Notes: generated by a model not told the origin, from the sequence alone. A stretch of 64,000 bases of DNA from an uncultured Planctomycetales bacterium (GCA_963710365.1 CAVQAC010000015.1:496125-560124), one strand, 5' to 3'. Positions 43,023-53,381 are shown, counted from the first letter of the stretch. Numbers and translations: made by a program.

Positions 43023-43752
43023 ATGATATCGATGCGAACCGCGTATTTCATCTTGGTCGGGGTGCTGCTGCTCGTTCCTGGAGCGTCGGACGTCATGGCG
43101 GACAAGCAACCCAGCGCACCGCCCTTCAACCCTCGGCTCAACGCGTATGTTCGCTTGAGAACAGGCGAATTCTCGCAGATCCCTGAGAGTCGCAAGGGCG
43201 ACTTGCAACGAATCGCGACCTATGTGCGTCGCCAAATCGATGCGGGCCGAACGGCCAAGCTGATCTTCATCTGCACCCATAATTCGCGTCGCAGCCACAT
43301 CTCTCAGATTTGGGCGAGCGACGCAGCCAGCTTTTATGGGATTTCCGGGGTCGAATGCTTCTCCGGTGGAACCGAGGGGACAGCGTTCAACCCTCGCGCC
43401 ATCGCGGCGCTCGAGCGCGCTGGGATGAAGATTGAGAAGTCCAGTGAAGACAGGAACCCCAGTTATCTGGTGCAAGGTGCTGAGGGGCAGACGCCGCTCA
43501 TTTGCTTCTCCAAGAAATTCAGCGATGCCACGAATCCAAAGTCGGATTTCTGTGCCGTGATGACCTGTCCGGAAGCTGACAAGAGCTGTCCGGTAATCGA
43601 CGGCGCAGCGCCTGCGCGTGGCAATCCATTTCGAGGATCCCAAAGTCGCCGATGGCACACCGCAAGAAGCCTCGAAATATGACGAGCGGTGCGCGCAAAT
43701 CGCCCGCGAGATGTTTTACCTGTTCTCGCAAGTGCGTCCGTCTACCCCCTAG
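43023..43752 (+). CDS. Low-molecular-weight phosphatase-family protein (arsenate-reductase/PTP-like), one frameshift near 43614
   Basis: 'LIFICTHNSRRSHISQIWA' is a CX5R P-loop. 'FSGGTEGTAFNPRAIAAL' and 'AVMTCPEADKSCPVIDGA' follow, then 'RVAIHFEDPKVADGTPQEASKYDERCAQIAREMFYLF' in the next frame. The N-terminus 'MISMRTAYFILVGVLLLVPGASDVMA' is signal-like. Confidence 0.75.
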
Positions 43753-43831
43753 GCAGCGCGGTTTGTCTCCCGTTGGGAGCGGCAATCTTGGCTGCAACCG
43801 AGCCGTTCCTGCTGCGCATTACTCCGGCAGC

Positions 43832-44385
43832 CTACTTCTCCGTGCGCAGGCCCCGGTTCGCAGCATAGGCCTGCACGAAACATTTCGGAATGACGTGATA
43901 GCCGTTGTTGGGAACTAGCGGCTGGGTCTCCCCGGCCGCTTCCAGGTGGACGTGTTGCCCGTCGACCTCCACAACATTCAGGCAATCGTCAACATCGAAA
44001 AGGTCGTCCGTATGGACTGAATCTGTTCCTCGCAAAAGCTCGCGCTTGCGCGCTGTTTGACTTCCTGCTCGTCATGACCGACCAAGAAGGCGTTGGCGTG
44101 CAACTCCGTGAACTCTCCGGGCCGATAGGCCCCGAGGTTGATGAAGAAGAGTCTTTCGTTTCCCTTTGACGGTTCCGGCGTCAGCACGACTTGGTATCCG
44201 TCGACCTGATGCAGTTCGAGCCACGAGTCGATATGCATTCGTAGCGGATCGCCAAACCATTTGTCCATGAGCCGCTCGTACGTATCCTCGATTGAAGTCC
44301 CGACCACAAAAACGACGTCATGTAGTTCCGTATTGCATTTCGGGGCCCGGCCACCGAGGTAGACAGCGAATAGTCGTTGGTTCAT
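43832..44385 (-). CDS. DUF1543-domain protein, one frameshift near 44036
   Basis: 'LFAVYLGGRAPKCNTELHDVVFVVGTSIEDTYERLMDKWFG' and a second-domain block 'VHTDDLFDVDDCLNVVEVDG...NGYHVIPK' lie in the overlapping ORF. The indel is in an A/T4 run. Confidence 0.7.
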
Positions 44386-44448
44386 TGGAACAGCGTTCTT
44401 CGTCGTGATTCATTCACGTGCGTTGTGCATTCACCCGTTTAGTCGGCG

Positions 44449-45393
44449 TTAGTCGGTGAGCTTGATGAACGCAACGGCGTTGTTGGGGTTCATCGGAATG
44501 ACGAGTTGGTGCTGCTTCGAGTCGTAGCCCATCGACGCGGCGCTCGGAATGCCGGCGGCGATCACCTTCGCCTTCTGGCCGGGGCGAATCTGCGACACAC
44601 TGCCGAATTTGACGCTGCTGACATACTTGGTGCCATCCGGTAAGACGACGATGCCGTCGTTGCCTCCTTCTGCGGCGTGCTCCGTACGAACCAGTTTTCC
44701 GGACAAGTCAAAGGTAATGACCGCATTGTCGCCGACGTTGACAACGACGACGTTGCCGTCTTGGTCAATTGCTACGCCGTTCGGCAGCGCCAGCGGCTTG
44801 CCTTCGACAAACGTCGAAACGTCGCCAGAGGGCGTGATTTTGTAAACGCATTCCGGTGGGCGGGTGTTCGAGACCAGAATCGTGCCGTCTTTCGTTACGG
44901 CAATGCCATTGAGGAATGTCGAACCGGGGACCGGAAACGCCCGGCCCGGACGACCGGTGGCGAGATCGAACGACCGCACAGTGTCGATATCCGCCGCGTA
45001 AAGCGTTCCACCTTGAATGCAACTGCCGAGCGGATGGTTCAGAGTTAGTCCGTCACGCGTGGCGCCGATCCATTTGGCCGTGTGTACCGTGCCGTCAGGA
45101 TTCAACAGCGACACATAGCCATCATTCGGCTCCTGCGTCTGCGGCACACCGGCGTTCATCACCACGATCAGGTTACGCGTGGGGTCAAACGTGCAGCTCT
45201 CGGCGAAGCGGAAGCTGCCGTATACCTTGACGTTTGGCGTCATGGTAATGAACTCACCGGCTTCGTTCACGGCACCGAGAGGTTTGCCGGCTTGAAATTC
45301 CTTTTGCTTCAGCGTGGCGGCCGGATTCTGCGCGTGCACCGCGCCCCCGATCAGCAAGACCGCCCAGACGGGAACAACAACGGATGCCTTCAT
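44449..45393 (-). CDS. Secreted beta-propeller protein (SMP-30/gluconolactonase/NHL-like)
   Basis: ATG at 45393 gives signal 'MKASVVVPVWAVLLIGGAVHA'. Repeated 'LNGIAVTKDGTILVSN' and 'PNGVAIDQDGNVVVVN' blades are present. Confidence 0.65.
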   Translation of the reverse strand: MKASVVVPVWAVLLIGGAVHAQNPAATLKQKEFQAGKPLGAVNEAGEFITMTPNVKVYGSFRFAESCTFDPTRNLIVVMNAGVPQTQEPNDGYVSLLNPDGTVHTAKWIGATRDGLTLNHPLGSCIQGGTLYAADIDTVRSFDLATGRPGRAFPVPGSTFLNGIAVTKDGTILVSNTRPPECVYKITPSGDVSTFVEGKPLALPNGVAIDQDGNVVVVNVGDNAVITFDLSGKLVRTEHAAEGGNDGIVVLPDGTKYVSSVKFGSVSQIRPGQKAKVIAAGIPSAASMGYDSKQHQLVIPMNPNNAVAFIKLTD

Positions 45394-45468
45394 GAGCGTG
45401 ATTCCTCTTTTTGTTAACGTAACTTTCAATGGTCAAGTGCCAAACCTATCGCGCGCCGTCGTAGAGTG

Positions 45469-45684
45469 CTAGACCTTGGCTTTGAATTTGACGCGCCTCG
45501 TCCGACCCTTTCGTGGCATGTGGGTTGGGAAGGTGGTTGGCATCAGGGGCGATTCCGTTTTTGATCCGGTAATTCTCGCATCGGGGTGGTGGCACGGTCG
45601 AACCACTGGGCAGGTTGGCCTGAAGGCGTACGTCGTCTCCGTGCTCTCGATCACGACGACCGTGCCGCAGAGAAAAGCGATCAA
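45469..45684 (-). CDS. Small hypothetical protein (uncertain frame)
   Basis: The TTG-start ORF '(M)IAFLCGTVVVIESTETTYAFRPTCPVV...RKGRTRRVKFKAKV' has a clearly higher third-position GC than the overlapping 82-aa ATG ORF (45446..45694). The ATG of that second ORF overlaps the upstream stop. Confidence 0.3.
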   Translation of the reverse strand: MIAFLCGTVVVIESTETTYAFRPTCPVVRPCHHPDARITGSKTESPLMPTTFPTHMPRKGRTRRVKFKAKV

Positions 45685-45690
45685 GAGACG

Positions 45691-46761
45691 TCATTTCTCC
45701 TCGATCTTGGCAGCCAAGACGCGTTGGAGCAACTCGGAGAATTGTTTCATGGAAACCTCGCGCTGGCTGTCATGCTCGCTGTCTGCCCGATGCACGATGA
45801 CCAGGTCGCGTACAGGATCGACGACCAGGAATTGCCCGCGATTGCCGCGAGCTGAAAACACCGTGCCTGGAAAACGGACCTGAAAGTGCCATCCATCGAC
45901 GCCGACCCACCACAAGTAACCATAGCCGATCCCGTTGCCGGCACTGGAGTGCGCCGTCGTGCTTTGCTTAACCCAGTTCGCAGACACGATTCGGCGGTCC
46001 TGCCAGCGGCCCCCGCGGCTCATCAGCAGGCCAATGCGAGCCAGATCGCGTGCGGACAGACGCATGATGTACGCCGGATGATCGGAAACGCTTTCGTACT
46101 CCAGGCGCGTATCACGGCTGAGGTCGAAATCTTCGAACTCCAGCGGCCCGGCCAGGTCGTCGCGCAGGCCCTTGAAGACCGTCTTACCGCTGAACTTCTT
46201 GTAAATCGTGCCCAGGGCGTTGAAGTCCCAGTTGTTGTAGTACCAATGTTGACCGGGGGCGAAACTGCCGCGGGCGGGCCGCGCGGCTTTCATGGCGGTC
46301 GTTTCGTAGGCCGCCGGATGATAGATGCCCGAGCGAGCCTCGAGCAATTGTCGAACCGTTGCCTGTCGCTCGACGGCCGAGAGGCCACCTCGATCATCAA
46401 TGCCCAATTGAACGAGTGTCTTGCTTGGATCGACCTGGCCACGATCAAAACCGATGCCCATCAGCACGCTCAGAATGCTTTTTCGCATCGAGTGGATGTT
46501 CGTAGGGTGCGACGTGGCGCCGTACTGGTGGACGATCGTGCCTTGGTCGACGACCAGGTAGGCGTCCGTTTGCAGCGTGCGTGCGAAGTCATCAGCAGCT
46601 TTGAGCTTCTGGCCTGACCAACCGAAGTCCTCGGCCGACGAGGCCTTGTCCCATTTTGCTCCGGGGAACGTCTCGGCGGCGCCCAGCGGAATCGGTGTTG
46701 GAAAAAATCCCGCGTTGGTGCAAATCACCACCGCCAACAGCCAGCGAGTAATCGTCTTCAT
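45691..46761 (-). CDS. Serine hydrolase, beta-lactamase/transpeptidase-like
   Basis: ATG at 46761 gives signal 'MKTITRWLLAVVICTNA'. The SxxK motif is 'IHSMRKSILSVLMG'. 'YYNNWDFNALG' and 'GYGYLWWV' are present. Confidence 0.8.
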   Translation of the reverse strand: MKTITRWLLAVVICTNAGFFPTPIPLGAAETFPGAKWDKASSAEDFGWSGQKLKAADDFARTLQTDAYLVVDQGTIVHQYGATSHPTNIHSMRKSILSVLMGIGFDRGQVDPSKTLVQLGIDDRGGLSAVERQATVRQLLEARSGIYHPAAYETTAMKAARPARGSFAPGQHWYYNNWDFNALGTIYKKFSGKTVFKGLRDDLAGPLEFEDFDLSRDTRLEYESVSDHPAYIMRLSARDLARIGLLMSRGGRWQDRRIVSANWVKQSTTAHSSAGNGIGYGYLWWVGVDGWHFQVRFPGTVFSARGNRGQFLVVDPVRDLVIVHRADSEHDSQREVSMKQFSELLQRVLAAKIEEK

Positions 46762-46855
46762 GCTTTGAATCCTCGGAAGTCTATGCCTGTGCGAACAAGC
46801 AACGCCGTCGCGCCGCGAGCGAGTCCTCGGATGACGGCAATCGTGGGCGCCGTGC

Positions 46856-47761
46856 TCATGGCTTGGTTGGCGTGGCCCCGAGTGCGTGCTCCATGAACGA
46901 AAATGCAGGCGGCAGCCCCTGCTCGACCATCGGAAACGTGTGTCCGCCGTGCATGAGCAGCGTCTCAACGGTGAAACCAGCGGCGTGGGCGTCGGCGAGA
47001 AACGATTCATTCATTTGCCGCTCGGCGGCCTGGTCGGCATAGGCGGCGAAAAGCGTGGTGCCGCGTAGGCGCGCCATCAGGTGACGCGGATCGTATTTTT
47101 CCCACACCGCTGGGTCGGTGCCGAAGCGTGGCGGCACTTCGTAATTCTGCTTGGGATCCCCCACGACCGGGCGTGGGAAATCGATGAGCCCGATGACCGA
47201 CGCGACCGCCACGAAATCTCCGCTGCGGCGGCACGCCGTGTACATCGCGCCGTAGCCGCCCATCGACCAGCCGCCGATCGCCCGGCTGCGGGCGGTGCGG
47301 CTCACGGGGAAATGCTTTTCCGCGAGGGTGATCACTTCGTCGACGTAACCGCCGTAGCGCTCGCCGGGCATCACGGGCGAATCCATGTACCAGCCATCGC
47401 GGCCACGCGGCAGCACGACCGCGCAGGGCGACGCGAGCACGCGGGCCCGCGTCTTCTCGTTTTCAATAAGCGTGCGCTCGTGTCGGCCGCGGCCGTGGAG
47501 AAAGTAAATGGTGGGCAGCGGAGAGCTTTCACGCGTGGCGCCGGCGGGCAGCACGACGAGGAATCGCATCGGCAGATGCACCGCCGCACTGGTGAATTCG
47601 CAACTCCAAATGCGGTCTTCGACCACCGTGATGCGCGGAGTGTCGTCGGCGGATTGGGCAGTCACTGGAGCGGACACGAATACCCCGAGAATGAGCAACA
47701 GACTCACCGCGAATGTCCAGGTGGTCCAGTTTCGAAACAAGGCCGATTTCGCTTCGCTCAT
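46856..47761 (-). CDS. Esterase-family alpha/beta hydrolase, secreted
   Basis: ATG at 47761 gives a signal/TM segment. 'PTIYFLHGRGRHE' and 'RAIGGWSMGGYGAMY' (GxSxG) are present. Confidence 0.8.
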   Translation of the reverse strand: MSEAKSALFRNWTTWTFAVSLLLILGVFVSAPVTAQSADDTPRITVVEDRIWSCEFTSAAVHLPMRFLVVLPAGATRESSPLPTIYFLHGRGRHERTLIENEKTRARVLASPCAVVLPRGRDGWYMDSPVMPGERYGGYVDEVITLAEKHFPVSRTARSRAIGGWSMGGYGAMYTACRRSGDFVAVASVIGLIDFPRPVVGDPKQNYEVPPRFGTDPAVWEKYDPRHLMARLRGTTLFAAYADQAAERQMNESFLADAHAAGFTVETLLMHGGHTFPMVEQGLPPAFSFMEHALGATPTKP

Positions 47762-48076
47762 ATGCGTGGCTCTTGGGCCCAGTTTCTCGAATGGTACGTT
47801 GTGCGTTTTCAATCTTTGCTGCGTAATTCTTTAGACGGCCGACGCGGAGACCCGGCTTCTGCGGACGACCGGCAATTGCACATGCCGGAACTGCTGGCGA
47901 TTGTATTCCAGGATCTTCATGTTGGCGATCTGCCTGGCGTTCTCAAGAGGTCATTCATAAGTGATCATTGGACGCAAGGGGCTGCGGCAGCGACAATTGA
48001 TCCTGCGACTTTGGTCGCCGCCGCTATTTTTTTCCGGCGCAGGGTAACCTCGATGCGGTTGCTGCCATTGTATTCC

Positions 48077-48675
48077 ATGAGCGAACCTCTCAAGACTCCC
48101 GGCGACGACCTGGCAGACGACGTCTACCGGCAAGCTCAGGCGGGGGAGATGCAGGCCATCGAGGCTATCGTCCGGCATTATCAGCGGCCCGTCCGAGCGT
48201 GGCTGGCGGCTCATTGTCCGGTGGGGGGGATGCCGACGAGGTGGCACAGCGCACGTTCGTGGCGGCCATCACCAGAATCGCTGAATTCCAGGTCGGCACG
48301 AGCTTCGGCGCGTGGTTGTTCACGATCGCTCGCTATCAACAGATGACTGAAACGACGCGGTTGCGACGGTTGGCAGACTACCACGCTCGTCTGGCACCGA
48401 ACCTGCTCGCTCGAGAGCTGGAACGCCGCGCTTGCGAGCCGGACGAACCTACCGGCCAGCGGCTGCACTACCTGCGCGAGTGTCTGGCGGCCCTGGATGA
48501 ATCGGCGCGTCAGCTCATCGAGTGGCGGTACACGGCGGAGATTTCTTTGGAAGAGATGGCCGCACGCACCGGTCGCACGACGGGCGCCATCAAAAAACAG
48601 CTCTGGCTGCTCCGGCGAAAGCTTCAGGAGTGTATCGAAGGCAAGCTTGCCGTAGACCCGGGAGGCGCTTCATGA
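48077..48675 (+). CDS. ECF-type RNA polymerase sigma factor, frameshift in a G7 run (48223-48229)
   Basis: 'EAIVRHYQRPVRAWLAAHCPVGG' (end of ORF 47081..48346) continues as 'ADEVAQRTFVAAITRIAEFQVGTSFGAWLFTIARY' and 'EISLEEMAARTGRTTGAIKKQLWLLRRKL' (region 4 HTH) in ORF 48199..48675. Confidence 0.8.
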
Positions 48676-49706
48676 ACCCCGACGAACGTTTCGAAAAGCT
48701 CTGGACGGATTTCCTGGAGGGCGAGCTTTCACCGGCCGGCATCGCCGAACTGCAATCGCTGCTGGAAGATCAGCCGTATCTTCAGACCAAGGCGGGAGAT
48801 TTGCTGCAAACGCACCGCCTGATCAGCTTCGCCTTGCCGGAGGACGTGGCAACCGGCGAAGCGTTCGTCCAAGAGACGCTCGCCAAGCTCCCTCGAACGG
48901 AGGCAGATTTCCATGATGCCGTGATGCGCCGAGTGCAACGCGCCGCTCCCATCCGCGCCGAAGCCCGGTGGCCCACGTGGCGCCCGATGGCTGCAGCCTC
49001 GGCCGGAATACTCTTGGGCATCGCCTGCACGACGGCGGTGTTTGCATACGTCGTTGCCGCGCCGACCAAGGTAACGACTTTGTTGCAGGAAGGTTTCGAA
49101 ACAGGGCCTGCGCCCGGCGTGGTCGGCGCGCCGCTGGAACCGGGAGAGTGGAGCGGAGACTATTCCGAAATCGCTGGCCCCCAGTCCGGCGTGAAACCGG
49201 CCGGCGGCAGCCGAATGCTGCGGTTTCTGCGAGGCGATTATGAAAGAAGGTCAATACCGCAGAGTTTCGGCTGCGATGTCTCGCGGTTGATCGACGTTCG
49301 GCCGTATCGGCAGGAATTCGCCGACGGCGACGGGTTCGTGCGACTCACGGGGGTCTTTAACTCGGCGGCGTTTGCCGAGCAGGCGGAGTTCGAATGCACG
49401 CTGACGATTTTCGCGCTCGATGCCGAAGTCGTGAATGGTCGATCGTTGAGAATCGAGGGGACGCTCTCCGCCGAGTCGTTGGCCTATTCGCGCAGCAGCC
49501 GTATTGCGCTTGATCGCAATCCGGAAACCTGGCAGAAGGCGAGCAACGAACTGCGTCTACCGCCGAACACCGATTATCTGATGATCCGCGTCGGAGTTTC
49601 CGACGTCGCTCGACGCAAGGGCAAGCAGACGGCCGGCTTCACCGGACAATTCGCCGACCAGGTGCAGTTGGTCATCGCGCATCGTCCGGAGATTTCCGTG
49701 CCGTAA
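48672..49706 (+). CDS. Putative anti-sigma factor (single transmembrane segment)
   Basis: The ATG overlaps the sigma stop (ATGA at 48672-48675). The N-terminus 'ERFEKLWTDFLEGELSPAGIAELQSLLEDQP' is typical of planctomycete anti-sigmas. The TM segment is 'AAASAGILLGIACTTAVFAYVVA'. Confidence 0.6.
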   Translation: MNPDERFEKLWTDFLEGELSPAGIAELQSLLEDQPYLQTKAGDLLQTHRLISFALPEDVATGEAFVQETLAKLPRTEADFHDAVMRRVQRAAPIRAEARWPTWRPMAAASAGILLGIACTTAVFAYVVAAPTKVTTLLQEGFETGPAPGVVGAPLEPGEWSGDYSEIAGPQSGVKPAGGSRMLRFLRGDYERRSIPQSFGCDVSRLIDVRPYRQEFADGDGFVRLTGVFNSAAFAEQAEFECTLTIFALDAEVVNGRSLRIEGTLSAESLAYSRSSRIALDRNPETWQKASNELRLPPNTDYLMIRVGVSDVARRKGKQTAGFTGQFADQVQLVIAHRPEISVP

Positions 49707-49719
49707 CACGCGGGGGGCC

Positions 49720-52095
49720 ATGAACCTGAGTAATCCTTCCGTTCGAATCGATATGACACCTTTGTTTTCAAAAAATCTTGGCATTGGATTGGCCCTTTTG
49801 TGCTGCTGGGTTCAGGCTGTCGCGGCGGCGGAATCGGTCGATTTCGAGCGACAGGTTCTTCCGCTGCTCTATAACCGCTGTTTCAGTTGTCACAGCGAGA
49901 AGCAGGCCAAGCCGAAGGCCGATCTGCGGCTCGATTCGGCCGAGGGAATTCACAGCAGCGGAGTCCTGGATGTCGAGCATCCAGACGAGAGCGAATTGCT
50001 GATTCGCGTTTCACTGCCGCATTCGGACGAAGGATTGATGCCCCCCTTGAAAGGCGGCGGTCAACCGTTGAGCGACTCGGAACGAACGCTGCTTCGTCGT
50101 TGGATTGCCGACGGAGCGAAATTGGGCGCCTGGCGGCGTTTCGACCATCGCCAACCGGCGGTCGAGTACCGTGGCGATCCTCGCACGCGCGCCGATGTGC
50201 CGAAGTTGGCCCGTCGCGTGGATGAGCTGGTCGAGCAGTATCACCACTCTCACGGTTCCGCGTTGAATCCTGGCGTGAGTGATGAAGGCTTCTTGCGGCG
50301 CGTCTACCTCGACGTGGCTGGTCGGATTCCGAGTTTGGCTGAAACGCGGCAGTTTCTCGACAGCAACTCTTCTGACAAACGCGCCCGGCTGATCGATCGC
50401 TTGCTCGACAGCGAAGCCTACGTCAGTCACACCTTCAATTGGAAGGCGGATCAACTGCGGCTCGTTACCAAGGGATTTCCCGGCCAGCCCGGATATATGT
50501 ACGACGACTGGGTGAAGCAGTCGATACGCTCTGGCATGCCGTACGACGAATTTGTCCGCCGCCTGGTCAGCGCCCGTGGGCAGCTCTGGGAAAACGGAGC
50601 CGTGGGTTTTTATCTTCGTGATCTGGGCATGCCGTTGGATCATATGTCGAACATGGCGCGGATTTTCCTGGGTACACGGATTGAATGTGCTCAGTGCCAC
50701 GATCATCCGTTCGAGCCGATCACGCAAAAGGATTTCTATCAGCTCTCGGCCTATACGTTCGGAGTCTCGAATCTCTACACCTCCGTGGGGTTCTCCACCG
50801 ACAACGTGAAGCACTGGGGTGAACTCGTGGCGAAGTTGGATGCGATGAACGCTCCCAAGGCGCTGCGAGACTCCGTAAGCCAGACGGTCGCTCCGCTCAA
50901 GCGACTAACGAAAGACACCGAGCATCGACTGACGTTTCCAGATCACTATATGACGGATGCAGCAGACCGCGGAAAGCAAGTCGAGTTTCGCACGCTCTTC
51001 GGCGACGAAGCTCCGGCCACGGTCGAGAACCGCCGCGTCGTGCTGGCCAACTGGATGACGTCGCCGCGCAACCCGCGCTTTGTCCGCAATATCGCCAATC
51101 GATTGTCCAAACGCGTGCTGGGCGTGGGGCTGATCGAACCGGTCGACAGTCTATCGCCCGTCAATCGACCGGAGCAACCCGAACTACTCGATTTCCTTTC
51201 ACAGTCAATGGCGGAGCTTCGCTTCGATGAACGGGCCTTTCTCGCGGTTCTGCTCAACTCCCGGCTGTATCAAAGCGAAGCGGAGCGGAAGCAGCTAGAG
51301 CCGGGCGAAATGTACTCGCTGCGTGGTCCGCTGGTGCGGCGTCTTTCCGCCGAGCAGCTGTGGGATTCGCTGCTTGTCCTGCTGGTCGAAGATCTCGACG
51401 CGCGTAAGCCGCTGCCCCCCGACCGCGGCCCACTAGGCCGCGAACAGTTGGACAAACTGACCCATATGACGGCCGACGAACTGATGGAGCGCGCAAAAGT
51501 GATGATGGATTACCATGTCGCGCGACGCCGTCACAACATCGACCTGGAGAATCAAAAGGCCGCGTTGAAACTTGCCAAGGAAGCAGGCAACATTGCAGAG
51601 GTTCGCCGACTGCAAGAGGAGTACGCCAAGGCGAACGAACCGTTCGAGCAACTCCATCAGGCGCTACAGATGGGCGGACCTTCGACAGTCCACGAAACCG
51701 ATCCGCGTTGGGTGCGGATTTCTCCGGCGTTCGTGCGCGCTTCGGAATTCCCCACTCCGATTGCGACGGGACATTTTCTTCGGCAGTTCGGGCAGTCGGA
51801 CCGTCGCGAGATCGATGCCTTCAACAAGAATCCCAACATCACCCACGCGCTGGCGCTCATGAACGGGGAGCTGACGCAAAAGGCACTCGAAGCGGGATCG
51901 TACCTGCGGACCAGCTTACGTCCGGCGAAGACCGACGACGAGCGGGTGGAAGCCATCTACCAATCGATCCTCGTTCGCAATCCCACGGCCGACGAAACCA
52001 GCCAGTGCCTGGAATTATTTCCGGCCAGCCACAATCCGGAAGCGGATCTCATCTGGGCGCTGCTCAACACGCCCGAATTCCTCTTCATCCAATAG
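49720..52095 (+). CDS. PSCyt/DUF1549/DUF1553-type protein with CxxCH motif
   Basis: Intact 791-aa ORF. A signal peptide is followed by 'LLYNRCFSCHSEKQAKPKADLRLD'. 'FLRRVYLDVAGRIPSLAE', 'CAQCHDHPFEP' and the C-terminal 'DLIWALLNTPEFLFIQ' are present. Confidence 0.9.
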   Translation: MNLSNPSVRIDMTPLFSKNLGIGLALLCCWVQAVAAAESVDFERQVLPLLYNRCFSCHSEKQAKPKADLRLDSAEGIHSSGVLDVEHPDESELLIRVSLPHSDEGLMPPLKGGGQPLSDSERTLLRRWIADGAKLGAWRRFDHRQPAVEYRGDPRTRADVPKLARRVDELVEQYHHSHGSALNPGVSDEGFLRRVYLDVAGRIPSLAETRQFLDSNSSDKRARLIDRLLDSEAYVSHTFNWKADQLRLVTKGFPGQPGYMYDDWVKQSIRSGMPYDEFVRRLVSARGQLWENGAVGFYLRDLGMPLDHMSNMARIFLGTRIECAQCHDHPFEPITQKDFYQLSAYTFGVSNLYTSVGFSTDNVKHWGELVAKLDAMNAPKALRDSVSQTVAPLKRLTKDTEHRLTFPDHYMTDAADRGKQVEFRTLFGDEAPATVENRRVVLANWMTSPRNPRFVRNIANRLSKRVLGVGLIEPVDSLSPVNRPEQPELLDFLSQSMAELRFDERAFLAVLLNSRLYQSEAERKQLEPGEMYSLRGPLVRRLSAEQLWDSLLVLLVEDLDARKPLPPDRGPLGREQLDKLTHMTADELMERAKVMMDYHVARRRHNIDLENQKAALKLAKEAGNIAEVRRLQEEYAKANEPFEQLHQALQMGGPSTVHETDPRWVRISPAFVRASEFPTPIATGHFLRQFGQSDRREIDAFNKNPNITHALALMNGELTQKALEAGSYLRTSLRPAKTDDERVEAIYQSILVRNPTADETSQCLELFPASHNPEADLIWALLNTPEFLFIQ

Positions 52096-52106
52096 GATCG
52101 CGCCCG

Positions 52107-53381
52107 ATGCGAACCATGCAGACCGAAATCTCACGTCGCCGTTGGATCGAGGCCTTTGCCAGCGCGTGCTGCGGCGTCAGCTTGTTGGGATGGCCCCCGG
52201 CAGCGTTGGCGGACTCGCGCCGGCGGCCGAAGGCCCAGAGTGTCGTCTATCTTTACCTGCGCGGCGGGATCTCGCACGTCGATACCTTTGATCCCAAGCC
52301 AGGCAAGCCCGAGATGGCCGGCGTGCAGGCGATCGGCACCAGCGCCGCGGGCGTGCAAATCTCAGAATGGTTTCCGCAAACCGCGAGGCAAATGCACCAT
52401 ATCTCGTTGGTTCGCTCGATGACCTCGACACAAGGTGTTCACGAGCGGGGCAATTACTTGGCACACACCAGTTATTACCAAACGCCGACGATCGCGCATC
52501 CGGCGCTCGGCGCTTGGGCCTTGAAGCAATTGGGGTCGACCAATCCCCTGCTGCCCGGGAACATCCTCATCAATGGCAGCCCTCAGCATCCCGGCAGCGG
52601 TTACATGGAGTCGCATTTGGCGCCGCTGCCGATCGTTGATCCTGCCGCCGGGTTGCAGAACTCCGCGTTCAGTCGCGACACCACGGAGATCGATTTCGTT
52701 CGCCGCTCGCAACTCGTTCAGTCGCTAGGAACCCGTTTTCTTGCCCGCACGCCCCATCGTTCGGCCGCGGCCTACGACAAGATTCGTGCCAAGGCCGTCG
52801 AGCTGATGAAGAGTCCGGATTTGCGGGCCTTCGACATCAGTCAGGAGAGCCCAAAAACGCAGGAGGCTTACGGAACGCATACTTTTGGCCAGGGGTGTTT
52901 GCTGGCGCGACGACTCATCGAGCACGGCGTGCGGTTCATCGAGGTTGAAGACGATCAGAACTGGGATACCCACAACGACCAACTCGTCTCCATGCAGCGC
53001 ATGACGCCCTCGGTCGATCAGACGTTTGCGGCGCTCCTCGACGATCTTCACCAGCGCGGGCTGCTGGACTCAACGCTGGTCGTGATGGCCACCGAGTTCG
53101 GTCGGACGCCGCAGATCAGCGAAGTCACTGCCGGCCGCGGGCATCATCCCGCCGTGTTCACCTGGTGGGTCGCCGGCGGAGGCATGAAGGGGGGCTATGT
53201 TTACGGCAAGTCCGACGCCACCGGTGAACGAGTTGCCGACCGCCCCGTGAACATGCCCGACTTCAACGCCACGATCGCCCAGGCACTGGGGATCGATTTG
53301 GAGAAAGTCGAGCATTCTCCCTCCGGGCGTCCGTTCACGATAGCCGACAAAGGTCGGCCCCTTGCTGATCTGTTCGCATAA
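52107..53381 (+). CDS. DUF1501-family protein (sulfatase-like fold), Tat signal
   Basis: ATG at 52107, 11 nt after the upstream stop. 'ISRRRWIEAFASAC' is a Tat-type leader. 'VVYLYLRGGISHVDTFDPKP', 'WDTHND' and 'VVMATEFGRTP' are present. Confidence 0.9.
   Translation: MRTMQTEISRRRWIEAFASACCGVSLLGWPPAALADSRRRPKAQSVVYLYLRGGISHVDTFDPKPGKPEMAGVQAIGTSAAGVQISEWFPQTARQMHHISLVRSMTSTQGVHERGNYLAHTSYYQTPTIAHPALGAWALKQLGSTNPLLPGNILINGSPQHPGSGYMESHLAPLPIVDPAAGLQNSAFSRDTTEIDFVRRSQLVQSLGTRFLARTPHRSAAAYDKIRAKAVELMKSPDLRAFDISQESPKTQEAYGTHTFGQGCLLARRLIEHGVRFIEVEDDQNWDTHNDQLVSMQRMTPSVDQTFAALLDDLHQRGLLDSTLVVMATEFGRTPQISEVTAGRGHHPAVFTWWVAGGGMKGGYVYGKSDATGERVADRPVNMPDFNATIAQALGIDLEKVEHSPSGRPFTIADKGRPLADLFA

Noticed and set aside
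47081-48076. First ~330 codons of the 421-aa plus-strand ORF 47081..48346
   Set aside because: This part is antisense to the esterase gene. Only the part from the ATG at 48077 (MSEPLKTPGDD...) is real, as the N-terminus of the ECF sigma factor.
47909-48076. Repeated 'attgtattcca' (about 47915 and about 48066) as an ECF promoter element
   Set aside because: There are only two copies. Spacing to GGAAC-like boxes is inconsistent, and the second copy abuts the start codon. It cannot be distinguished from chance.
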